From the NCBI GenBank assembly GCA_039028615.1, contig JBCCHT010000009.1, forward strand, positions 128,001-192,000: a stretch of 64,000 nt of DNA, given 5' to 3'. Origin of the DNA: Myxococcota bacterium. GTDB taxonomy: Bacteria; Myxococcota_A; Polyangia; Nannocystales; Nannocystaceae. The notes beneath the pieces are model-generated. The model was not told the origin of the DNA and made no database searches. It worked only from the letters and a program-made list of their open reading frames with translations. Positions 8,035 to 17,563 of this stretch are shown piece after piece; position 1 is the stretch's first letter; every line of letters starts with the position of its first letter. The position numbers and the translations under genes are program-made.

Positions 8035-10403
8035 CGGCTCGTCCCCTTGGCGAGGGTGGTGACGGAGGGCTTGGACTTGCCCGGGACCTTGCCCAGCGCG
8101 GCGAGGACCCGCGCCGGAGTGATGGGCAGCTGCCGCACCGGAGCGCCCAGGGCGTCGAAGACCGCACAGGCGATGGCGGCTGCGGTGGGAATGGTGGAGG
8201 GCTCGCCGATGCCGGCCGCCCCCGTGCTGTTGGCGCCCGTATAGACCTCGGTGAGCACCACGTCGATCTTCGGCACGTCGCGGGCGCCCAAGATCTTGTA
8301 GCTCTCGAGGTTGGGGTTGAGCATGCGACCGAGGTCGTTGTCGAGCACGCGCTCCTCCATGAGGGCGTAGCTCGTGCCCAGGATGACCCCGCCGTTGATC
8401 TGGCTGCGTAGGGTCAGCTCGTTCATCACCCGACCGCAGTCGTGCAGGGCGAGGACCTCGGTGGCTCGGACCTCGCCGGTCCAGGTGTCGACCTCGACCT
8501 CGGCGAACTGGATGCCCGCGATCTGGTGCATGGGAGCGCCGGGCAAGGGCAGAGGCGCGTTGCCGTAGGTGCGCGGCCGCGTGCCCGTGGCCACGATGGA
8601 CTCGCCCTCGATCTTCTTGCACAGCTGGGTGAAGGTGATCGAAGAGTCGCCGCCGTGGGCGGTGCCTTCGTCGTCCCAGCGGACCTTGCTGGGGTCGACC
8701 TTCAGGCGCTCGGCCGCCAGCGCGGTGAGCTCGACCTTGGCCTTCTCGCAGGCGTTGCGCACGGCCGGGGTCACGCTGGAGGTGGTCTGCGACCCGCCGC
8801 TGCCCACCGACGAGCCGAACTCGCTGCGGCCGTAGCGGACCCGAATGGTCTCGAGCGGGCGGTGGAACACCTCGGCGCCGATCTGCGCCAGCACGGTGGC
8901 AATGCCCCCGCCGATGTCCTGCACCCCGTTTTTGACCTCGATGGTGCCGTCGCGGTGGATCTCGGCCGTGGCCACGGCGGCCCGGCCTCGACCGAAGTCA
9001 CCCCAGATGGAGGCGGCCACGCCCACGCCGCGTCGCAGCCGGGTCTTGCGGGCTCGCATGTCGGCGGAGCGACGACGACGCTCGACCCAGCCGAAGCGCT
9101 CGCGACCGTGCTCGAGCTGTTTCTTTCGCACCGGGTGCTCGTCGTGGTCCAGGCGCATCTGCACCGGATCGATGTCCATCGCCGCGCCCAGCTCGTCCAT
9201 GGCCAGCTCGAGCGCGAACGCCCCTTGCGGGTGTCCGGGCGCCCGCATGGCCGTGCCCGGGCCGCCGTTGGTGAACACGTCGTGGGCCTTGACCAGCACG
9301 TGCGGGCACTTGGTGTAGATGCCGGTCGCGTTGCGCCCGATGCCCGCGCCCGTGCCCACGCCCGCCGTGCCGTGCGACTCGATCTCGATGGCGTGCAGCA
9401 AGCCCTTGCGGCCGCCGAGCTTCACCTTCTGCCGCGAGTCGGGCCGGTTGCCCGTGCACACGTGCTCCTCGTGGCGATCGCACATCAGCTTGACCGGGAC
9501 CTTGGCCTTCTTCGCGAGCTCGCCCGCGATGAAGCCGAGCCGGCTGCCGGGCGCGCTGGCGCCGAACTTGGCTCCGAAGCCGCCGCCCAGGTAGTCGGTG
9601 ATGACGTGCACGTCTTGGGAGCGGAGCCCGAAGATCCCCGCCATCTCGTCGCGCACGCTGAAGATGGCCTGGGTCGAGGCCCACACCGTCATCGCCGAGT
9701 CCGAGTCCCAGCGCACGAGCAACCCGTGGGTCTCGAGCGCGGAATGGGTCTGGACCTGGGTGATGTAGGTGGCCTCGTGGACGACCTGCGACTCCTTGAA
9801 GCCCTTGGCCGTGTCGCCGCGTTGGGAGGGGGGCAAGGGGCGAACGTTGCCCTGGAGCGTGCCGCCGCCGCCCGTGCCGGGCTCGTCACCCTCGGTGCGT
9901 CGCTCTTTGATTGGGGCCGAGTGCACGATGGCCGACTTGGGTCGCATCGCGCCTTCGGTGTCGACCACGTAAGGCAGCTGCTCGTACTCGACCACGATAT
10001 GGTCGAGGGCATCCCGCGCTTGCTCGGGTCGATCGGCCGCGATGGCGGCGACGTCCTGGCCGGCGAAGCGCAGCACGCTGCCGGGCTCGGCCACGGCAAT
10101 GACCGCCTTGACGCCCGGCTGCTTCTTCGCCGCCCCGAGATCGATGGACTTGATCCGCGCCGCCGGATGGGGACTCCGCAGCACGGCGGCCCACAGCATG
10201 CCGGGCACCGCGATGTCGAAGGTGTACTTGGCGCGGCCGCTGACCTTGAGGTGGCCGTCGATCCGCGGCACCGGCTTGCCCACCACCTTGAGCTTGGTAT
10301 CGGCGTCCCAGGGTCGGGGCTCGCTGTCGGGCACGGTGACCGACTGCTTGCGGACGTTGCCCTCGAAGCCCAGCTTGAGCGTCTCTTTGCGGTTGTCGGG
10401 CAT
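8031..10403 (-). CDS. Xanthine dehydrogenase family molybdopterin-binding subunit (PaoC/YagR-like)
   Basis: RIDGHLKVSGRAKY, GGGFGAK, MRAPG, QINGGVILG, GIGEP motifs; start at MPDNRK. Confidence 0.93.
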   Translation of the reverse strand: MPDNRKETLKLGFEGNVRKQSVTVPDSEPRPWDADTKLKVVGKPVPRIDGHLKVSGRAKYTFDIAVPGMLWAAVLRSPHPAARIKSIDLGAAKKQPGVKAVIAVAEPGSVLRFAGQDVAAIAADRPEQARDALDHIVVEYEQLPYVVDTEGAMRPKSAIVHSAPIKERRTEGDEPGTGGGGTLQGNVRPLPPSQRGDTAKGFKESQVVHEATYITQVQTHSALETHGLLVRWDSDSAMTVWASTQAIFSVRDEMAGIFGLRSQDVHVITDYLGGGFGAKFGASAPGSRLGFIAGELAKKAKVPVKLMCDRHEEHVCTGNRPDSRQKVKLGGRKGLLHAIEIESHGTAGVGTGAGIGRNATGIYTKCPHVLVKAHDVFTNGGPGTAMRAPGHPQGAFALELAMDELGAAMDIDPVQMRLDHDEHPVRKKQLEHGRERFGWVERRRRSADMRARKTRLRRGVGVAASIWGDFGRGRAAVATAEIHRDGTIEVKNGVQDIGGGIATVLAQIGAEVFHRPLETIRVRYGRSEFGSSVGSGGSQTTSSVTPAVRNACEKAKVELTALAAERLKVDPSKVRWDDEGTAHGGDSSITFTQLCKKIEGESIVATGTRPRTYGNAPLPLPGAPMHQIAGIQFAEVEVDTWTGEVRATEVLALHDCGRVMNELTLRSQINGGVILGTSYALMEERVLDNDLGRMLNPNLESYKILGARDVPKIDVVLTEVYTGANSTGAAGIGEPSTIPTAAAIACAVFDALGAPVRQLPITPARVLAALGKVPGKSKPSVTTLAKGTSR

Positions 10404-11038
10404 CAGGCCTCTCCCCTCTGGCCCGCGGCCTCGAGCACCGCGGCCACCACATGGGGGTAGGTGCCGCAGCGGCACAGGTTGCCGGAAATCGCGTCCTCCA
10501 CGTGCTCGGCGGTCATCGCCTCACCCTTGGGGTGACGGCGCAGCAACGAGGTGCAGGAGATCAACATGCCGGAGGTACAAAAGCCGCACTGCAGGGCGTC
10601 GTGCTTGACGAAAGCCGCCTGTAGGGCGCTCAGTTCCTCGCCTTCGGCCAGCCCCTCCACGGTGGTCACGTCGCGGCCGGCCACGTCGTGGGCGAGCATC
10701 ATGCAGCTGTTGCGCGGCAGGCCATCCACGATCACGAGGCAGGCACTGCACGAACCGCGATCACACACGACCTTGGGGCCCGTGGTGTCGAGGTCGATGC
10801 GTAGTGCCTCGAGCAACGTGGTGCGGGGCTCGACCGAGGTCTCGACCGGCGTGCCGTTCAAAGAAAAACGAAGGGGGGAGGGGTCGGGGCCGAGCTCGGC
10901 GGGGGCGGTGGCGTCGTCCACTGCCGCTCCGTCCGGGGGTCCTTCGGTCCCGTTGCCACGAACGCAGCTGCTGACCAGCGTCGCCGTGCCTACACCTCGA
11001 AACAACCCCCGTCGAGTCAGCTTGGTGCGTTCTGACAT
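10403..11038 (-). CDS. (2Fe-2S)-binding subunit with Tat signal (PaoA/YagT-like)
   Basis: LTRRGLF twin-arginine motif; CDRGSCSAC, QCGFC, NLCRCGTY. Confidence 0.93.
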   Translation of the reverse strand: MSERTKLTRRGLFRGVGTATLVSSCVRGNGTEGPPDGAAVDDATAPAELGPDPSPLRFSLNGTPVETSVEPRTTLLEALRIDLDTTGPKVVCDRGSCSACLVIVDGLPRNSCMMLAHDVAGRDVTTVEGLAEGEELSALQAAFVKHDALQCGFCTSGMLISCTSLLRRHPKGEAMTAEHVEDAISGNLCRCGTYPHVVAAVLEAAGQRGEA

Positions 11039-11074
11039 CCCGCGCAGGATATCAGCTCGTGTCGGGGGCCGAGT

Positions 11075-11908
11075 TCAGGGCGCAGTCGGCGTCGACCAGA
11101 AGGGCGCGTAGGCTTGTTCGCGGTTGCGGTGGATGTCGACGAGGCAGGCCTCGAGTCGCTCTCGGCCGTCGCCTTGGGCCACGCCCTCGAAATTCTTGCG
11201 GGCGATGTCGGCGGACAGCGACGAGTCGGGCTGGACGCTGCGCTCGAGGATCGCCACCAGTCGCGGATCGAGGCGCTCGGCCTCGGCCAGGAGCTTGGCG
11301 TGGGACGCTTGCTGGGCCTGAAACCGGACTTGGTCGAGGACCTCGGCTCGCACGCATTGGATCACCGGATCCGGAGTCCGTCGCAGCAGGGGCACGAGGC
11401 TGTCGGGGGTCAGGCGCGGGGGCTTCTCTCCCGGTTCCATGATCCCGCTGCGCGGGTGGAAGCCCACCATGAAGAACGTGGGCACGGGCAGCTCGTCGTA
11501 GAGGGCGCGGACTTGCTTGACGAACACGTCGAAGGGTCGCGCATGCTCCCACTGCAGCGCGGACGTCGAGCGTACGAAGGTGATCAGGATGATCTCCGCG
11601 TCCGGAGCGTCCGCGACCACCGCGGCGATGCGAGCGGCGACGCGCTCGGGGGTCGCCGGGTCGTCGTAGACGAGCGGTCGATGCACTCGCGCTTGCTCGC
11701 GGCTGCGGCGAGCGAAGGGGCACAGGCCGAGCTGCTCCACCACTTCGAGCAAGTAGCGGTCGTGGACCGCATGCACCACCGACGGCGGCGGGGCGCCGGG
11801 AGGCGCCGATTCATCGTGACGGCATGCACCCTCCACGGGCACCGAGTGTACGGCGGCCGCTGCCCCTCGCGGAACTCCCTCGGGGTCGGGACGCGCGAGT
11901 TCCAGCAC
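11075..11908 (-). CDS. DUF1415-like hypothetical protein
   Basis: LEVVEQLGLCPFA, FHP and RRTPDP motifs resemble DUF1415; start uncertain. Confidence 0.6.
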   Translation of the reverse strand: MLELARPDPEGVPRGAAAAVHSVPVEGACRHDESAPPGAPPPSVVHAVHDRYLLEVVEQLGLCPFARRSREQARVHRPLVYDDPATPERVAARIAAVVADAPDAEIILITFVRSTSALQWEHARPFDVFVKQVRALYDELPVPTFFMVGFHPRSGIMEPGEKPPRLTPDSLVPLLRRTPDPVIQCVRAEVLDQVRFQAQQASHAKLLAEAERLDPRLVAILERSVQPDSSLSADIARKNFEGVAQGDGRERLEACLVDIHRNREQAYAPFWSTPTAP

Positions 11909-11927
11909 GGACTGCTATGGTCGTGAG

Positions 11928-13655
11928 GTGGCGCCGTCGGCCGAGTCAGGGCAGCAAGGCCCCGAAGCGCCCGTGCGCGAGCGTCTACCGCATTGGCTGA
12001 GCCTGCTGCTGCTGGGGCTGGTGCTGCTGCGGGTCGGCTATCACGCCAGCTACCTGACCGACGATCCTTTTGCCCTGGCCACGTTCTCGGACGGGCGGGT
12101 GTACGAACAGGCCGCGCTGGACCTGCTCGAGCACCCGCCGCTGGGGAGCCGCCCGTTCTACTTGCAGGGGCTGTACGCGGCTCAGCTGGCGCTGCCCATG
12201 GCGATCGTGCCGTGGATCTCGCTGGCCATGCTGCTCCAGCTGACCCTGGCCGGCCTGGCGCTTTGGGGCTTGTTTCGCGCTATGGCGTGGGTGGTGGGGC
12301 GCCGCGAAGCCGCGATGGGGCTGGCGGTGCTGTTGGCCTATCCCGGCCTGGCCTTCTACGAAAACAAGTACCTCACCGCGTCGCTCGGGGTGGTGACCAT
12401 GGCGCTGATGGTCATCGCCTTGGCCCGGCTTCAGCGTCGGCCCACCGCAAAGGCGGTGGTGGGGCTCGGGGTCGCGACCGGGTTGGCCGTGCTCGCTCGG
12501 GGCAACATGCTGCTGGCGGTCCCCGGGGTCGCGATGGCGGCGGTGCTCGTGTGGCGGCAGACCGACCAGGCTCGCTGGCGCGCGGTGGCGTGGTTGTCGC
12601 TCGGCCTGGCGTTGGCGCTGGGCCCCATGGCGGCTCGCAACGCCATCGTCATCGGTCGCCCCGCCGTCATGCCGGCCCATGGCGGCGGCACTTCCTTCTA
12701 TATCGGCAACAACCGACACGCCCGCGGGGTCTGGAACAACGCGGGCGGGCTCATCAGCGGCGAGGTGGTGCACGAGCGCGAGGAGCTCGTGACCGAGCTG
12801 GGCGTGGCCCCCGGCTCCGAGAGCGAGCAGGCCGCGGCGATCGGCCGGGCCCTGTATCGGCGAGCCTTCGACGAGATGGCCGAAGACCCCGGGGCATGGG
12901 TGTGGCTCGAGCTCCGCAAGACGTGGCTGATGGTGGGCAACGACGAGCTCACCCAGGACTACGACGTCTACGGCGAGCGGGAGATGCTGCCCTGGTGGAG
13001 CGGTCGAGGCCTGCCGTTTTCGGTGTTGCTCGCGCTCGGCTGCGTGGGAGCGATCGCCACCGTCCGTCGGGTGGCCGCGGGCCAGCTCGAGGCCTCGCAC
13101 TGGCGACCTTGGTGGTGGATGCTCGGCTTCCAGGCGCTCGCGGTCGTGGCCGCCAACCTGCTGTTCTTCACGTCGGCCCAGCATCGGGTGCCCCTGGTCG
13201 TGCCGTTGGTGGTGTTCATCGGCCCCGGCATCGACTGGCTGGTGCGCGGGCGCAGCCACGAGGCCGCCGCGAAGGGCCGCAGGTGGTGGTGGGGCTCGGT
13301 GATCCTGGCGGTGGTGATCCTGGGACAGGCGGCTCAGCCTCGGCACAAGCGACACGAACCGAGCGCGGTGCACTACTACAACCTCGCGCTGGCCCACGTG
13401 CGTCTGGGACAGCCGAAGCTGGCCATTGCGGCGTTCGATCGGGCGGTGGAACGCCGGCCCGACCATCCCGTCATTCGCCTCGAGCGGGCGGTGCTGCATC
13501 GTCGTCGGGGGCACCTCGACCAAGCCCAAGCCGATCTCGACGTCCTGCGGGGTCTGCCGGAGTCCACGAGCTGGGTGCAGCAGCGGGTCGCCGACGAGCA
13601 GCGGCGAGTGATCGCGCTGCGCCGGGTCGAGGCCGCCAGCCGTCGGCGGCGTTGA
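11928..13655 (+). CDS. GT-C fold (PMT/ArnT-like) integral membrane glycosyltransferase with C-terminal TPR
   Basis: Many TM segments, N-terminal SDGRVY acidic loop, RNAIV..GGTSFYIGNN, HRVP; C-terminal HYYNLALAH..A...FDRAVE..PDH TPR. Confidence 0.7.
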   Translation: MAPSAESGQQGPEAPVRERLPHWLSLLLLGLVLLRVGYHASYLTDDPFALATFSDGRVYEQAALDLLEHPPLGSRPFYLQGLYAAQLALPMAIVPWISLAMLLQLTLAGLALWGLFRAMAWVVGRREAAMGLAVLLAYPGLAFYENKYLTASLGVVTMALMVIALARLQRRPTAKAVVGLGVATGLAVLARGNMLLAVPGVAMAAVLVWRQTDQARWRAVAWLSLGLALALGPMAARNAIVIGRPAVMPAHGGGTSFYIGNNRHARGVWNNAGGLISGEVVHEREELVTELGVAPGSESEQAAAIGRALYRRAFDEMAEDPGAWVWLELRKTWLMVGNDELTQDYDVYGEREMLPWWSGRGLPFSVLLALGCVGAIATVRRVAAGQLEASHWRPWWWMLGFQALAVVAANLLFFTSAQHRVPLVVPLVVFIGPGIDWLVRGRSHEAAAKGRRWWWGSVILAVVILGQAAQPRHKRHEPSAVHYYNLALAHVRLGQPKLAIAAFDRAVERRPDHPVIRLERAVLHRRRGHLDQAQADLDVLRGLPESTSWVQQRVADEQRRVIALRRVEAASRRRR

Positions 13656-13695
13656 GCGCTTGCTCGCCCGGGTCGGCCGTTGCACCCTGACCTTC

Positions 13696-14757
13696 GTGAC
13701 TCGAGAGGCTGCGACCGAGGCCCAGGCCCGCGAGGTTCTTCCCGCCTTCGGCATCACGCCGGCCACCGTCGGCCCGCTGGGGCACGGGCTCATCAATGAC
13801 ACCTTCGCCGTGAGCGGGCCCGACGGGGACTACGTGCTCCAGCGGGTGCACCCCGTGTTCGCGCCCGAGATCCACCTCAACATCGCCGCGGTGACCCAGC
13901 ACCTGGTGCGCAAGTCCATGGTGACTCCGCGGCTCGTCTACAGCCTCGACGGCAGCCCTTGGGTCGAGCGCGGGGGGAAGGTCTGGCGGCTGATGACCCG
14001 GATGCCCGGGGTCAGCGTCGACGCGGCCGACGACCCGGCGCAGGCTCATGCGGCGGCACGGCTGCTGGGGCGGTTTCACTCCGCGCTCGACGACCTCGAG
14101 CACGAGTTCGTGGGGTTGCGGGCCAACGTGCACGATACCCCCACGCACCTGCAGCGGCTCCGCGATGCCGTCGAGCAGCACCCGGGACACCGACTCTTCG
14201 CTCAGGTCGAGCCGATCGCCCACCAGATCCTGCGCCAGGCCGAGACCTTGCCGCCGCTGGCCGGGGCACGCACCCGCATCGTGCACGGTGACCCCAAGCT
14301 CAACAACGTGCTCTTCGAAAGCGACACCGGCCCGGGGCGGCGGCAGGCCCAGTGCTGGATCGATCTCGACACGGTGGCGCCGATGTCCCTGGCCGTCGAG
14401 CTGGGCGATGCATGGCGCTCGTGGTGCAACCGCAGCGGCGAGGACGAGGCCGAGGCTCGCTTCGACGCCGAGGTCTTCGAGGCCTCGTGGCGGGGCTATC
14501 GGGCGGGGTGCACCCTGGAGCTCGACGCCGACGAGCGCGAGGGGCTGCTGCACGGCGTCGAGTGGATCACGCTCGAGCTCGCCGCTCGTTTCACCGCGGA
14601 CGCGTTGTTCGAGAACTACTTCGGGTGGGACTCCAGCCGCTTCGCCAGCGCGGGAGACCACAACCTGCGGCGGGCGCAAGGGCAGTGGTCGCTGCACCAC
14701 GCGGTCATGAAGGCCAGGGTCGAGAGGGCGCGAATCCTGTCCGCCGATGGCGCTTGA
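13696..14757 (+). CDS. Aminoglycoside phosphotransferase-family kinase (N-acetylhexosamine kinase-like)
   Basis: GHGLINDTF, YVLQRV, HGDPKLNNVLF, IDLDTV, ELAARF.D...YF..HNLRRA. Confidence 0.85.
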   Translation: MTREAATEAQAREVLPAFGITPATVGPLGHGLINDTFAVSGPDGDYVLQRVHPVFAPEIHLNIAAVTQHLVRKSMVTPRLVYSLDGSPWVERGGKVWRLMTRMPGVSVDAADDPAQAHAAARLLGRFHSALDDLEHEFVGLRANVHDTPTHLQRLRDAVEQHPGHRLFAQVEPIAHQILRQAETLPPLAGARTRIVHGDPKLNNVLFESDTGPGRRQAQCWIDLDTVAPMSLAVELGDAWRSWCNRSGEDEAEARFDAEVFEASWRGYRAGCTLELDADEREGLLHGVEWITLELAARFTADALFENYFGWDSSRFASAGDHNLRRAQGQWSLHHAVMKARVERARILSADGA

Positions 14758-14835
14758 CCGATTGGTCAAGGGGGCTGTGCCCCACATCCCGCGGCCTCCG
14801 CAAGCGCGAGAGATCGGGTAATCTAGTCCGCGGAG

Positions 14836-17007
14836 ATGGGGGAGACCGAGGACAGCCGCTCGATCGGCGATGGTTCGATCCATCCGTCCGAGGTCACCCA
14901 GGCGTCCCGAAGCGGCGGTCCACCCGAAGACGCCGCGGCTGCGCTGCAGGAGCTGGTCGCCCGCAAGGTGAAAAAGCAGCTCTTCGGTGGCCCCAACTCC
15001 ACGCGCACGATCGGTCGCTACACGGTGCTCGACACCCTCGGCGAGGGCGGCATGGGCACGGTGTTGCGGGGCTTCGATCCCGAGCTCGATCGCCAGGTCG
15101 CTCTCAAGGTCCTGCAGAGCCAGATCAGCCACCGCGAAGCGGCGCGCCTGCGTCGTGAGGCGCAAGCCATGGCCCGGCTCTCGCATCCCAATGTGGTGCA
15201 GGTCTACGAGGTCGGTGAGTCCAATGGGCGCATCTTCGTAGCGATGGAGCTGGTCGCCGGCCAGACCCTGCGCGAGTGGATGAAGGAGGGGCACGGCTGG
15301 CGCGAGTGCGTGGCGCTGTTCATCTCGTTGGGCGAAGGCCTCGCGGCGGCCCACGAAGGCGGGCTCGTGCATCGCGACTTCAAGCCCGGTAACGCGCTCA
15401 TCGACACCAAAGGCCGGCCCCGTGTGCTCGACTTCGGCCTGGCTCGCCAGACCGACGGCTACGACGACTACGAAGACGACCCCTCGCTCAGCTCGGTGAG
15501 GAACGCGCTGGTGACCACGGGCGAGGCGGTGCTGGCCGACACCCCGCTGACCAAGACGGGCGCGGTGGTGGGGACGCCCGCCTATATGTCGCCCGAGCAG
15601 TATCACGGCGACACCGTCGACACGCGTAGCGACCAGTTCAGCTTCTGCGTCACGATGTACGAGGCGCTCTACGGCGAGCGCCCCTTCGCGGGCAGTGAGC
15701 TCGAGAACATCATGGAGGCGGTGCGGCTCGGTGAGCTGACGCCGGTCGCCAAAGGGCGCAGCGTGCCGCGAGCGCTCCGCAAGATCTTGGTGCGCGGCAT
15801 GGCCCTGGATCCCAACGATCGGTGGCCCTCGATCGACGCGTTGCTCTCCGAGCTGCGTGCGATGGTCGCGTCGCGCTGGCGAGCCTGGGCCGTAGCCGGT
15901 CTCGCGTCGGTGCTGCTGGCGACGGGCGGGGCCCTGGCGGCGGCGGCCTACCTCGGCGACGATGGTATCTCCTGCGATGGGCTCGAGCGCGAGCTGCAGG
16001 GCGTTTGGGACCCCCAGCGAAAGCAGGGCGTCGAGGCGGCATTCACTGCGACCCAGGCGGAAGGGGCCGCACAGACCTGGGCTGAGGTCGAGGCTGGCCT
16101 CGATGACTACACCCGTCGCTGGGTGGCGGTGCGCACCGATGCGTGTCGAGCCGCCGCGCGCCCGGAGCAGGCGCTCGATGCGGTCGTGGCCGACGCAGAG
16201 TGCCTCGAAGACCAGCGGTTGGCCCTGCGCGAGACCGTCGATGCGTTGACCGACATCGATGCCGATGGGGTCTCCGCGGCGGCTTCACGAGTCTCGCGGC
16301 TCGCGACGCCCGGCGACTGTCGCGGTGGCGACGATGCGCTCGCTTCTGTCGAAGGCGGGGAGGAACCCTCCGACTCGGCGAGCGCATCGTCCGACGTCTT
16401 GCTCCTCGACGACTGCCCCTACGATCCGTCGCTGGCGCTGTGCCTGCGCTTCGAGTCGATCGAAGGCAGCACCGTCTACGAGGACACCAACCCGTCGATT
16501 CGAGGCGAAATCTCCGGCGACGCTCGGATCGAGCCCGGCCCGCACGGCAACGCGCTGGTGCTGCCCGGCCACGATGGCCGGCTCACGCTCGATCGCCCCA
16601 TCAACCCTCCGGGCTCGTTCAGCATCGACCTTCAGCTGTGGATGAACGACGGCGCACAGCGGTGGTCCGGCATCGTCGACAACTGGATCAAGGACGAAGG
16701 CATCTGGCTGGGGGTCACCACGCGCCCGGGGGGCCTCGCGTTCTGGGTCGACGGCGTCTCGATCTCGATCGAGGACGTCCCCAAAGATCGCTGGATCCAC
16801 GTGCTCGCCACCTTCGACGTCGGTACCGGGGTCATGTCCATGTACGTCGACGGCAAGCTGGTCGCGCTCGGACAGCACAGCGGGCCCGCGACGCCGCGGC
16901 CTGGACCGATGATCCTCGGCTGGGGGGTCGACGACGATGCGCCCTTCGGAGGCAAGGTCGACACGGTGAGGATCTGGCACCGCGTGCTCGAGCCTCCACC
17001 GCAGTAG
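14836..17007 (+). CDS. Membrane Ser/Thr protein kinase with C-terminal LamG/ConA-like domain
   Basis: GEGGMG, VALK, HRDFKPGN, DFG, GTPAYMSPE; TM helix; WIHVLATFD..MYVDG..GKVDTVRIW LamG motifs. Confidence 0.92.
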   Translation: MGETEDSRSIGDGSIHPSEVTQASRSGGPPEDAAAALQELVARKVKKQLFGGPNSTRTIGRYTVLDTLGEGGMGTVLRGFDPELDRQVALKVLQSQISHREAARLRREAQAMARLSHPNVVQVYEVGESNGRIFVAMELVAGQTLREWMKEGHGWRECVALFISLGEGLAAAHEGGLVHRDFKPGNALIDTKGRPRVLDFGLARQTDGYDDYEDDPSLSSVRNALVTTGEAVLADTPLTKTGAVVGTPAYMSPEQYHGDTVDTRSDQFSFCVTMYEALYGERPFAGSELENIMEAVRLGELTPVAKGRSVPRALRKILVRGMALDPNDRWPSIDALLSELRAMVASRWRAWAVAGLASVLLATGGALAAAAYLGDDGISCDGLERELQGVWDPQRKQGVEAAFTATQAEGAAQTWAEVEAGLDDYTRRWVAVRTDACRAAARPEQALDAVVADAECLEDQRLALRETVDALTDIDADGVSAAASRVSRLATPGDCRGGDDALASVEGGEEPSDSASASSDVLLLDDCPYDPSLALCLRFESIEGSTVYEDTNPSIRGEISGDARIEPGPHGNALVLPGHDGRLTLDRPINPPGSFSIDLQLWMNDGAQRWSGIVDNWIKDEGIWLGVTTRPGGLAFWVDGVSISIEDVPKDRWIHVLATFDVGTGVMSMYVDGKLVALGQHSGPATPRPGPMILGWGVDDDAPFGGKVDTVRIWHRVLEPPPQ

Positions 17008-17085
17008 GAGCGACCCCCTCGTTCGGGTGGCGCGCTCGCGGGCAGGCTGCCGTACCGTGGGACCTTCCCCTGGCTCGGACCGACG

Positions 17086-17538
17086 ATGAAGCTCCCTCGA
17101 ATCCACCGTTACGCGTCGTCTTACGCTCCTGCGCCCACGGGGGCGGTGGCCTCCTCTCGCGGCCTCACGCCGAACTCGAAAAAGAAGAAGAACAAGTCGA
17201 CCGAGTACGTCGTGCGAGGAGGTCAGTGCAACACGCAAGACTTCATCAACGGCGCAGAGAACAACGGCTTCGTGCAGGACGATGACGACGAGATCGACGG
17301 GCTCTCGGTCAACCTGGTGACCGCACCCACCTCGATCAAGTCGACCCAGTCATCGGTGTACTTCTGTGACACCACGCTGCCGCAAAAGAGCCGCTGCGCC
17401 GCCAAACGCAGCGACATCGAGGGGGCCGGAGGCACCGTCGAGGAAGACCCGATCAAGGGGAACGCCGACCATGCCAAGGTCTCGGGGCTCACGGCGAAGC
17501 AGCTGAACTCGCTGTTCACGCGCCATTTCTCGTGCTGA
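17086..17538 (+). CDS. Hypothetical protein resembling a polymorphic-toxin ADP-ribosyltransferase-like (Tse2-type) domain
   Basis: GC3-rich codons; VVRGG, GLSVN, I..AGG.V..DP..GN..H..VSGLT..Q..SLFT pattern recalled from RHS C-terminal domains. Confidence 0.55.
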   Translation: MKLPRIHRYASSYAPAPTGAVASSRGLTPNSKKKKNKSTEYVVRGGQCNTQDFINGAENNGFVQDDDDEIDGLSVNLVTAPTSIKSTQSSVYFCDTTLPQKSRCAAKRSDIEGAGGTVEEDPIKGNADHAKVSGLTAKQLNSLFTRHFSC

Positions 17539-17563
17539 GCCCGGTCGACGGCGCGCGGCCGGC

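Noticed and set aside
17004..17016. 13-bp GTAGGAGCGACCC shared with the end of the FAD-subunit gene (minus strand near 7012-7024)
   Set aside because: Only two copies, stop codon plus RBS-like sequence in high-GC DNA; compatible with chance
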